DNA of 33,196 nucleotides. Source: Pseudomonadota bacterium. Its GTDB lineage: Bacteria > Bdellovibrionota > FAC87 > UBA2466. The position numbers and the translations under genes are program-made. The stretch covers positions 1 to 33,196 of the forward strand of contig JAYUGC010000079.1 of assembly GCA_043767805.1 (NCBI GenBank), given 5' to 3'. The notes under the pieces were generated by a model, which did no database searches, had not been told where the DNA came from, and was given only the letters and a program-made list of their open reading frames with translations. Positions 1 to 7,839 of this stretch are shown one piece after another; the first letter of the stretch is position 1; each line of letters opens with the position of its first letter.

Positions 1-1
1 C

Positions 2-289
2 GCGGCCGAGCGCCGGCGCAAACAGTCCGGTCAGTGGGCTTTCTTACGGCTTTTGAACCGGATGCTCTTTCAAGGCGCCGAGCCCGAAGAGCGGCGGAAA
101 GTGTTCGAGCGGTTTTACTCACTCTCGCAAGGCTGCATCGAGCGCTTTTATGCGGGGCGGCTGACGACGTTCGACAAAGCGCGGATCCTCGTCGGTAAAC
201 CGCCCATCCCCGTGAGCCGCGCGCTCGAGTGCCTTCGAGAGGCGCCTCGCCGCGAAGGCTTTGGCGAGACAGGGGCGGTCTTTGGATAA
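2..289 (+). CDS. crtY: Lycopene beta-cyclase CrtY, C-terminal fragment (5' truncated by window edge)
   Basis: Frame is open from position 2: ...WAFLRLLNRMLF..AEPEERRKVFERFYSL....IERFYAGRLT..DKARILVGKPPIPV, the characteristic C-terminus of bacterial CrtY. Lies upstream of crtE/crtI/crtB-like genes. Confidence 0.88.
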   Translation, partial: AAERRRKQSGQWAFLRLLNRMLFQGAEPEERRKVFERFYSLSQGCIERFYAGRLTTFDKARILVGKPPIPVSRALECLREAPRREGFGETGAVFG

Positions 290-1298
290 GCAGGGGTTGC
301 CTACCTGCGGAGATTTGACGCCGCTTCTCGGCTTTCACGAGGATGCCGTATCCGATCTCGTTCAAGGCGCGCTACTGAGCCCGCTCAGTGAGTTTCTTAC
401 CCGGCCCGGCAAACAATTCCGCGGGCAGCTCGTGCGCTTGGCGTTCCGGCTTTCCGATTCGGCTTTGACGGTTCCCGAAAGCGAAGCCGAGCGCTGGTTC
501 GGTCTGGGTGCCGAGGTGCTCGAGCACATTCACGCGGGCTCGCTCGTTGTCGACGATATCCAGGACGGAAGCCTCCAGCGGCGTGGGGGACCCACCTTGC
601 ACCGCGAGCACGGCGTGCCGCTCGCTTTGAACGCCGGGAACTGGCTTTACTTTTGGCCGCTCGAGCGCGTCAAGACGTGGGGACTTCCGCCCGAGCGAGA
701 AGTGCGGGTCTATCAGGTTTGCCACGAGGCTTTGCTGCGGGCGCACTTCGGGCAGGCCCTCGATGTCGGCGTACCCATCGATGGGCTCGATCGTGGCCGC
801 ATTCCGGAAGTTTCCCTCGCGTCTTTAGAGCTGAAAACCGGCGCGCTCATGGCGCTCGCCACTCAGCTGGGGGGCGTGCTGGGCAACGCGAGCCCCCCGC
901 GGCTCGAAGTTTTAGGTGAGTTCGGTAAACGGTTTGGCATAGCGCTCCAGATGCTGGACGATCTCGGTAATTTCACCGGCAAGGCGGGGCAGCCGGCCAA
1001 GGCCGACTCGAAACGCTGGGAAGACTTGCGCCTCCGCCGGCCCTCCTGGGTTTGGGCCTCGGTCGCGCGCCATGGAACGCAGAGCGAGTTCGCCGAGTTC
1101 GTTTCCGCGGTGCGGGCGCTTCCCGAAGAAGCAAGGCTCTTGCCTTGGACCAAAGGCCCCTTCGTCGAAAAGGCCCGCGAGGAAGCCGACGCCTATCTGG
1201 AGAGCGCGCTTTCGGGGCTTGAGTCGGCGGTCGGCGCCGGGGTTTTTGTCGACGAGATTAAGCAACTGGGAAGGGCGCTCGCCAGGGCGTACCGCTAA
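261..1298 (+). CDS. crtE: Polyprenyl diphosphate (probably GGPP) synthase, CrtE-like
   Basis: GKQFRG, first Asp-rich motif HAGSLVVDDIQDGSLQRRGGPTLH, GQALD, KTGAL, second motif QMLDDLGN; crt context. Start may instead be the TTG at 282, which overlaps the crtY stop. Confidence 0.8.
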   Translation: MARQGRSLDKQGLPTCGDLTPLLGFHEDAVSDLVQGALLSPLSEFLTRPGKQFRGQLVRLAFRLSDSALTVPESEAERWFGLGAEVLEHIHAGSLVVDDIQDGSLQRRGGPTLHREHGVPLALNAGNWLYFWPLERVKTWGLPPEREVRVYQVCHEALLRAHFGQALDVGVPIDGLDRGRIPEVSLASLELKTGALMALATQLGGVLGNASPPRLEVLGEFGKRFGIALQMLDDLGNFTGKAGQPAKADSKRWEDLRLRRPSWVWASVARHGTQSEFAEFVSAVRALPEEARLLPWTKGPFVEKAREEADAYLESALSGLESAVGAGVFVDEIKQLGRALARAYR

Positions 1299-1306
1299 AG
1301 GACATT

Positions 1307-3808
1307 ATGAAGCCAAAAGTAGCCGTCATCGGAAGTGGATTTGGAGGACTGGCGAGCGCCATTCGTCTGAGAGCGCAGGGGTTTCCGGTCACGATCTTCG
1401 AAAAACGCGAATTACCTGGGGGGAGAGCTTACGTCTATCGTCAGGACGGCTTCACTTTCGATGCGGGGCCCACGGTGCTCACCGCTCCCGATTGCCTAAG
1501 CGAGCTTTTCGAGCTCTCCGGCCGTGCGATGAAGGATTATCTGGAGATGCTAAAGCTCTCCCCCATGTACCGGCTCCATTGGGAAGATGGGCTCGTTTTC
1601 GATTATTCGGACAGTGTCCAAGACACCATCGCCCAGATCGAGAAGATCAATCCCGAAGACGCCAAGAACTATCCGGCGTTTCTCGAGTACACGCGTCAAG
1701 TCTTCGTCGAGGGCTACGAGAAGCTCGCGCACGTTCCCTTCCTGAAGATTTCGAGCATGGTGAAAGTCGCGCCCCAGCTCTTGAAGCTCCAGGCGTACCG
1801 CACCGTCTATTCTATGGTGAGCAAGTATCTGAAGGACCCGCACTTGCGTCAGGCCTTCAGCTTTCACAGCCTGCTCGTCGGAGGCAATCCGTTTTCCGCC
1901 TCCGCGATTTACACGCTCATCCATTACCTCGAGAAGAAATGGGGCGTTTACTTCGTGAAGGGTGGCATGAACGCGGCCGTGGACGCTCTCGCCAGGCTTT
2001 TCACCGAGATGGGCGGGGAAATTCGTTACTCGGCTGAGGTCGACCGGATCGTCACCAAGGACGGCAAGGTTACCGGCCTCGTGTCTCAGGGCAGAGAAGA
2101 GGCTTTCGGCATCGTCGTCAGTAATGGCGACGTCGTGCACACCTACCAGAAGCTTCTGCGCGAGGAACCGGCGGTCGAGGGCACGAGAAAACATCTGCTC
2201 AACGCCCGCCATAGCCCGTCGCTCTTCGTGCTCTACTTCGGCACACGCCGTAAGTACCCGGGCCTTGCCCATCACAATATTTTGTTCGGGGCTCGCTACA
2301 AGGAGCTTTTGAACGATATTTTTCACAAGGGCGTTCTCGCCGACGATTTCTCGATTTACCTTCACGTGCCCACGGTCACCGATCCGAGTCTCGCACCGGA
2401 GGGCTGTGAAAATTTCTATGCGCTGTCTCCCGTGCCTCATCTCGGAAAGGCGGCGATCGACTGGAAGGTGGAAGGTCCGAAATACGCGGATAAAATTTTA
2501 GGTTATCTGGAGAAGCATTATCTTCCCGAAGTGCGGCGTGAGATCGTCACCCAGAAGTTCTTCACGCCGGATGATTTCAAGTACGAGCTCAACGCGCACC
2601 TGGGCTCGGCCTTTTCCCTGGAGCCCGTCCTTTGGCAGAGCGCCTACTTCCGCGTGCACAACCGGGACAGCCACATCAAGGGTCTCTATTTCGCGGGAGC
2701 CGGAACGCACCCTGGGGCGGGAATCCCTGGCGTCATCGGCAGCGCGAAAGCCACGGCTGGTCTGGTTGTCGACGATTACCACCTGGGTAACGTCGAGACT
2801 TTGGATCGCGTGGTGCAAGAGCAACGCGATGCTGAGGCGGCGATTCCGCTGGTGGTGAGGGGAGCCCAGCCCGCTCGCCCGGACGTGTCGCCGTCGGTGG
2901 CGGCCGCGCTCACGCAGTGCCGGAATATGATCAAAGTGGGCTCGAAGAGTTTCTCCATGGCCTCGCATTTGTTTGGAGAAGAGACGCGGGATGCAGCCCA
3001 CTTTCTATATGGGTGGTGCCGCTACGCCGACGACCAGGTGGACTCCGTGCGCGATCCGGTCGATCAGCTCATCCGGGTGGAGCAGCTCCGCTCGAAAACG
3101 GCGGACGCTTTTCGCGGCACTCCGGCGCCGGAGCCGGTTTTCGTGGCGCTCGCTCACATCGCCCAGCAGTATCGCATTCCGTCCTACTACGCCGAGGAGC
3201 TCCTGGAAGGCATGGCCATGGACGTCCGGCGGACGAGTTATGAAACCCCCCGCGACTTGAGTCTATATTGTTATCGGGTCGCCGGAACCGTGGGTCTCAT
3301 GATGAGTCACGTGATGGGAGTTTCTGACGAGAAAGCTCTGGAATATGCCGCCGCCATGGGAAGCGCCATGCAGCTTACCAATATCGCGCGCGACGTTCTG
3401 GAAGATTCCGCCATGGGCCGGGTTTATCTCCCCGTCGCCTGGCTGAGGGAAGAAGGTTTGAGCGAAGCAGACGTGGGCCGGCCCGAAAATCGGGCGGCGG
3501 TCGCGCGGGTGGTAAGCCGGCTCCTCGACTTGGCCGATCGCTACTACGCCATCGGTAACGACGGCATGAAGTTTCTTCCCTGGAGAGCCGCGGTGGCGGT
3601 GGGTACGGCGAGCGCGGTCTATAGCGACATCGGGCGAGTCGTGCGCGAGAAGGGCGCTCTTGCTTGGGATCACCGCGCGGTGGTGTCCAAAGGGCGGAAA
3701 GTAGTGATGGTGCTCAAAGGCCTGATGTTGACGCTCGCCACGGTGCCGTATCGGATAGCGAAACCCTTCCGTCCGGTCGCCTTGGACACGGTGTGGAGGC
3801 ACGCATGA
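1307..3808 (+). CDS. crtI-crtB: Fused phytoene desaturase (CrtI, about 1307-2780) and phytoene synthase (CrtB, about 2900-3808)
   Basis: N-part: VIGSGFGGL FAD-binding motif, FDAGPTV, FSFHSLLVGGNPF, GAGTHPGAGIPGV. C-part: GSKSF, WCRYADDQVD, YCYRVAGTVG, QLTNIARDVLED..GRVYLP. One continuous 833-aa frame; AAGGA RBS upstream. Confidence 0.93.
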   Translation: MKPKVAVIGSGFGGLASAIRLRAQGFPVTIFEKRELPGGRAYVYRQDGFTFDAGPTVLTAPDCLSELFELSGRAMKDYLEMLKLSPMYRLHWEDGLVFDYSDSVQDTIAQIEKINPEDAKNYPAFLEYTRQVFVEGYEKLAHVPFLKISSMVKVAPQLLKLQAYRTVYSMVSKYLKDPHLRQAFSFHSLLVGGNPFSASAIYTLIHYLEKKWGVYFVKGGMNAAVDALARLFTEMGGEIRYSAEVDRIVTKDGKVTGLVSQGREEAFGIVVSNGDVVHTYQKLLREEPAVEGTRKHLLNARHSPSLFVLYFGTRRKYPGLAHHNILFGARYKELLNDIFHKGVLADDFSIYLHVPTVTDPSLAPEGCENFYALSPVPHLGKAAIDWKVEGPKYADKILGYLEKHYLPEVRREIVTQKFFTPDDFKYELNAHLGSAFSLEPVLWQSAYFRVHNRDSHIKGLYFAGAGTHPGAGIPGVIGSAKATAGLVVDDYHLGNVETLDRVVQEQRDAEAAIPLVVRGAQPARPDVSPSVAAALTQCRNMIKVGSKSFSMASHLFGEETRDAAHFLYGWCRYADDQVDSVRDPVDQLIRVEQLRSKTADAFRGTPAPEPVFVALAHIAQQYRIPSYYAEELLEGMAMDVRRTSYETPRDLSLYCYRVAGTVGLMMSHVMGVSDEKALEYAAAMGSAMQLTNIARDVLEDSAMGRVYLPVAWLREEGLSEADVGRPENRAAVARVVSRLLDLADRYYAIGNDGMKFLPWRAAVAVGTASAVYSDIGRVVREKGALAWDHRAVVSKGRKVVMVLKGLMLTLATVPYRIAKPFRPVALDTVWRHA

Positions 3809-4392
3809 GCCAGTCTCGAACGTTTCTGCAGGACACCTGGTTCTACATTCGCCGCATGGACCAGTTTCAGCGAGGAGACTGGTGGGTATACTTTCTTTGG
3901 GTGGGGCAGATCTTTTCGCTATTCGCCGTCCTCTTGGCCTTCCTCCTGGTTGGCCATCGCGCCGGAGCGGTTTATCCCGCTTACGTCTGGAACATTCCCG
4001 TGGGAACGTTCATCTTCGCCATGGCGATTGCCATCGATACCATTGGCCATCGCACGGCGTACCGCCAGGCTCTCAAGAGCGGGGAAGAGCTCGTTCATCA
4101 CATTACGATTGCGGCGGGCATTTCGAGCTGCGTGCTACTTTGTCTGGCGTACACGTACCGGCAGTTCTTCATGATTCCGGCTCTGGTCCTGACGGGGCTC
4201 TCGATTTTCTACAGCGCCATCGACGAGGGGATGCACTGGTTCCGTTTCTTTCAGGGAAACTCCGATCGAGTGGAGATGTGGAGCCACTTTTTCATCTTCG
4301 TGGGCCACGTCATCATGATGAGCGCGTGGGTGCTCTGGTTCATGGAAGGGTATCCGGGAGTCGCGGCGACGCTGGTGGCGCTGGGGTACTAA
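3805..4392 (+). CDS. Uncharacterised polytopic membrane protein (195 aa) with duplicated D-x3-H-x12-E-x3-H motif; last gene of crt operon
   Basis: ATG at 3805 overlaps the crtIB stop (ATGA); GGAGG at 3795-3799; about five hydrophobic segments; motifs AIDTIGH...EELVHH and AIDEGMH...EMWSH. Confidence 0.8.
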   Translation: MSQSRTFLQDTWFYIRRMDQFQRGDWWVYFLWVGQIFSLFAVLLAFLLVGHRAGAVYPAYVWNIPVGTFIFAMAIAIDTIGHRTAYRQALKSGEELVHHITIAAGISSCVLLCLAYTYRQFFMIPALVLTGLSIFYSAIDEGMHWFRFFQGNSDRVEMWSHFFIFVGHVIMMSAWVLWFMEGYPGVAATLVALGY

Positions 4393-7300
4393 CTATTTCG
4401 CGACGTTCACACGGATGGTCGTGTTGGTGCCGTTGCTTTCCGACCAGGTGTTATAGAGCTTGATGCCGAACTGCAAGAGGAAGGGATTGCTGGCCGCGCG
4501 GTTCGTACTCTTATTCAAGCCGGAGAAGCCGTTGCCGTCGATAAACGTCCAAACGCCGGCGCCGGACTCGTTGCTCAGAACCGCGGCTCTCGTGTTTTGG
4601 GCCGCGCCGTTGGACTCGGTCCAGCTCGCATAGAGATAGTTGCTCAAAACGCCGAGCATGGGTTTCGAGGCGATGCGGGTAGGATCCTTGTTGAGGCCGA
4701 CGTCGGCCACGTTCCCGTCGACTTTCACCCAGTTAGTGGCGGCGCAGCTCGCGCCGTCGAAGCGGGCGACTCGGACCTGGGCGATACCCCCGGTGCTGTC
4801 CTCGGTCCAGGTCACGTAAACTTTGTTGTTATAGATGACCGCGCGAGGGTTTCTCGCGTGGTGAGTGAGATCGTGGTTCAAGCCGGTGCCGGTGGTGTAC
4901 TGCCAACCCGATGCGGTCTCATCCTCGTTACAGGCAACCTGAATCGTTTCTTTGTTGGTATTACTCGTCTCTTGCCAGGCCAGATAGATACGTCCGGCCA
5001 GAGTCACCATGGACGGCGCCAGCGCATTCTTGGAAGGGTTCACGTTAAGACCGTTCTCGGCGCTACCGGTATCGAAGTTGGACCAGATAACTCCGTCCCA
5101 CTTCTTCACCCGGATTTCCGTGTTGACCGAGGTGTTGAGCTCTAAAAAGGCGACGAAGAGGTTCGAGCCGCCCGCGGCCGGAGAAGGAGCGGTCGCTTGG
5201 TTCAAAACGTTGCGATTGAGACTGCCGCCGTCCATCGAGCTCCAAAGCGGAATGCTTCCGTCGCCGTTAAAGCGCTGAGCGCGGATCTGGCTGACTGCCG
5301 TGCCATTGAGCTCTTCCCATGTCATCCAAAGATCGGCGCCGAACACGACGGGCCTCGCCAGGTTCGCCCCGTGAGTCGGATCGTTATTGAGGCCGTCGGC
5401 AAGCCCTCCGTCCAGAGACGCCCAAACGGGCGCCGTATCGTTGCCGTTGAAACGGAAGGCCCGGATGTTATCGGCGGTACCGTTATTTTCCTGGGAGGTG
5501 ACGATGACAGAACCGTTGAACTCCACGAGCGACGGATTCTTCGCGTTCTTGGTGAGATCGTGGCCGATGCCGTCGGCGCCGTTACCGTCGACGAAAGTGC
5601 CGAAGGCCGCTTGGCGCCAGGTGAACCCGTTGGTGCCCGTCACGGTCTGCGCGTCGATGTTGGTCAAAACGATGTTGGTGGAGGTAGTCGGAGTGCCCGC
5701 CGGAGCGAGACAAGACAAAGTCGTGGCGTTGGAGACCAGCACGCTCGCGCAAGGTAAATTATTGATGGTGACGACGGCGCCGGCTCTAAAGCCCGTTCCC
5801 GTCACGGTAACGCGATCGCTGCCCATGAAGAACCCTTGGGTCGAGCTCGTGAACGTCGGCGGCGGGTTGTAAGTGTAGGCCGATGACAACGTTCCGGGGT
5901 AGGTGATGCCAGTATTTAAATCGCGATTGGTAACAACCACGTCCACAACTCCGCCACCGCCCGCGGCCGGCGTGCGGCAGGTCAACTGGGTAGTCGACAA
6001 GGCAATCAAGTTCGTGCAGGACTGGCCGCCAATGGAGACGAGCGAGCCCAGATTATAATTGGACCCCGTGACCGTGACCACCGTCGAGCCGGAGACGGGG
6101 CCTTCCGCCGGAGAAATGCTGGTGACGACGGGCGTAAAGGAAGGCGCGGTGTAGGTAAAGCCGCCGACCTGAGTGGCGGACGCCGTCAAGAGCGTGAGCA
6201 AATCGTGATTGGTGATGATGACGTCGGCGGCCGCGGCCGTCGCGCTGGACGGTGTGGTGCAGGATAGTGAAACCGAGGAGGTCACGACCACGTCCGTGCA
6301 ATTACGGCCGCCAACGGAGACCGTCGTGAAAAGGTCGAAGCCCGTGCCCGTGATGGTAACCGTCGTTCCGCCGGTTTGCGTACCGCTCGCGGGGGCGGTC
6401 AAAGTCAAAGTCGGGGTCACGAGATTGGTGAGATAGGTATATCCGCCCACCTGGGTCGCCGTCAGCGTCGCGAGCGTAATCGGATCGTGGTTGGTGACGA
6501 CCACGTTCACGGCTCCGGTGGAGACTTGAGAAGGGGTCGTGCAGGTCAGGGAGGTCGCGGAATTTACGACCACGTCTTTGCAATTGCGCGCGCCGATGGA
6601 AACCGTCGTGTAGAGATCGAAGTTCGTGCCCGTAAGGGTGACCGTAGTGCCGCCGCTTACCGTGCCGCTCACGGGAGACGTCAGTGTGACGCTAGGAGCC
6701 ACGACGTTGGCGGCGTAGGTAAAGCCGCCGACTTGGGTCGCCGACGCGGTGGCAAGCGTACTGGGCTCGTGGTTCGTAACTACGACGTTCACCGCGCCCG
6801 CCGCCGACTGAGACGGTGTCGTGCAACTAAGTGACGTCGACGAAGCCACGACCACATCCCTGCAGGTGCGGCCGCCCATGGCGACCGTCGTTTGTAAGTC
6901 AAAACCCGTACCCGTCAGAGTTACGGTAAGTCCGCCGACGACAGAGCCGCTTAGCGGAGTCGTCGCCGTGATCGTCGGCGTGACCAAGGCTGTCGTATAG
7001 TTGTAACCCGCGCCCAGCGTGCCGGAGCTGGTCAAAAGCGAAGTGAGGTCGCGGTTCGTCGCGATGATGGCGACGGGACCCGTCGCCGATTGCGAAGGCA
7101 CCGTACAGGTAAGTGAGGTCGACGAGATGGCAAGTACGTCCATGCAGGTGCGTCCGCCGAAGCTCACGGTCGAGGTCAAATTGAAATTCGTTCCGGTGAG
7201 AGTAACGATGGTGCCGCCATTCGTGGTGCCCGACGTGGGAGACACCGCGCTCACCGTCGGCGTGGTGAGAGTGAGGGGCCCCGTGCCGCCCGCCGCGGTA

Positions 7301-7668
7301 TAAGTAAAAGCGCCCACCAAATTCGCGCGCAGGCTCGTGCCAGTCGTGAAATCCCGATTCGTCACGGCCACGTCGACCGCGCCGAGAGAGCTCGCCGCGG
7401 GCGTTAGACAAGTCATCGTCGTAGGCGTGAGCGCGATGGAGACCAAGCAAGGAGCGTCACCGACGGTGACGGTCGCGGTCAGCGCAAACGAAGTGCCGGT
7501 CAAAGTGAGCAGCGTGCTCCCCGAGATGGTTCCGCTAGAGGGAGAAACCGTGGTCAGACCAGGTTGCACCACGGCGTCAGCCGAAATCGGCCGGGAACAG
7601 CTGGGCAAAGCCACGGCGGTGACCAGAAGAACAACCCAGGTAAGCTGACGACGTACTGCTAAGGGCAT
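4393..7668 (-). CDS. Large surface lipoprotein: 7 IPT/TIG domains plus C-terminal 7-repeat (probable beta-propeller) domain
   Basis: Signal peptide ending LPSC (lipobox-like); seven repeats of the P-x-I/V-x2-V-S-P-x2-G-x3-GGT-x-V-T-L-T-G-x-N/G-F type, each with a Cys pair; C-terminal repeats W..DG...GLN.D....A..P......LY..W.E.....IRV. Confidence 0.85.
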   Translation of the reverse strand: MPLAVRRQLTWVVLLVTAVALPSCSRPISADAVVQPGLTTVSPSSGTISGSTLLTLTGTSFALTATVTVGDAPCLVSIALTPTTMTCLTPAASSLGAVDVAVTNRDFTTGTSLRANLVGAFTYTAAGGTGPLTLTTPTVSAVSPTSGTTNGGTIVTLTGTNFNLTSTVSFGGRTCMDVLAISSTSLTCTVPSQSATGPVAIIATNRDLTSLLTSSGTLGAGYNYTTALVTPTITATTPLSGSVVGGLTVTLTGTGFDLQTTVAMGGRTCRDVVVASSTSLSCTTPSQSAAGAVNVVVTNHEPSTLATASATQVGGFTYAANVVAPSVTLTSPVSGTVSGGTTVTLTGTNFDLYTTVSIGARNCKDVVVNSATSLTCTTPSQVSTGAVNVVVTNHDPITLATLTATQVGGYTYLTNLVTPTLTLTAPASGTQTGGTTVTITGTGFDLFTTVSVGGRNCTDVVVTSSVSLSCTTPSSATAAAADVIITNHDLLTLLTASATQVGGFTYTAPSFTPVVTSISPAEGPVSGSTVVTVTGSNYNLGSLVSIGGQSCTNLIALSTTQLTCRTPAAGGGGVVDVVVTNRDLNTGITYPGTLSSAYTYNPPPTFTSSTQGFFMGSDRVTVTGTGFRAGAVVTINNLPCASVLVSNATTLSCLAPAGTPTTSTNIVLTNIDAQTVTGTNGFTWRQAAFGTFVDGNGADGIGHDLTKNAKNPSLVEFNGSVIVTSQENNGTADNIRAFRFNGNDTAPVWASLDGGLADGLNNDPTHGANLARPVVFGADLWMTWEELNGTAVSQIRAQRFNGDGSIPLWSSMDGGSLNRNVLNQATAPSPAAGGSNLFVAFLELNTSVNTEIRVKKWDGVIWSNFDTGSAENGLNVNPSKNALAPSMVTLAGRIYLAWQETSNTNKETIQVACNEDETASGWQYTTGTGLNHDLTHHARNPRAVIYNNKVYVTWTEDSTGGIAQVRVARFDGASCAATNWVKVDGNVADVGLNKDPTRIASKPMLGVLSNYLYASWTESNGAAQNTRAAVLSNESGAGVWTFIDGNGFSGLNKSTNRAASNPFLLQFGIKLYNTWSESNGTNTTIRVNVAK
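5620..7563 (-). repeat. Seven tandem IPT/TIG domain repeats (about 90-100 aa each)
   Basis: Repeat starts: PGLTTVSP, PTVSAVSP, PTITATTP, PSVTLTSP, PTLTLTAP, PVVTSISP, PTFTSST. Repeats 3-5 share TATQVGG/SATQVGG F/Y TY endings. Confidence 0.85.
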
Positions 7669-7839
7669 GACGCACCACGTTGGTGGGAATACAGGCTGAA
7701 TTCAGGATAGCCTTAAAAAATGGTGCAATTATTTTGTACAATCTTTCTGGGAAGTAGCTGGAATGAACGCAGTATTTCGCGCGGGTTTGGTGTGGGGCAA
7801 ATCAACAGCCCCGTTTTTTGAGTTTTACCGGGGCCCGAT

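Noticed and set aside
1072..2037. 321-aa alternative-frame ORF over crtE/crtI (also 17366-18274 over slt)
   Set aside because: Arg/Ser/Pro-rich composition typical of off-frame GC-rich sequence; overlaps well-supported genes.
3664..3804. N-terminal extension of the membrane ORF given in the ORF track
   Set aside because: Overlaps crtIB; ATG 3805 has a GGAGG RBS and ATGA coupling.
3805..4392. Calling the membrane ORF crtZ, crtW, blh or a rhodopsin
   Set aside because: Lacks HxxHH boxes, is too short for Blh or a 7-TM opsin, and has no retinal-binding Lys motif in the last helix.
7794..7819. Hairpin GGGGC-AAATCAACA-GCCCC-GTTTTTT as a terminator or sigma54 site
   Set aside because: The U-tract is on the + strand, where no upstream gene exists; the stem is only 5 bp; the minus-strand GG-N10-GC match lacks the TGGCAC core.
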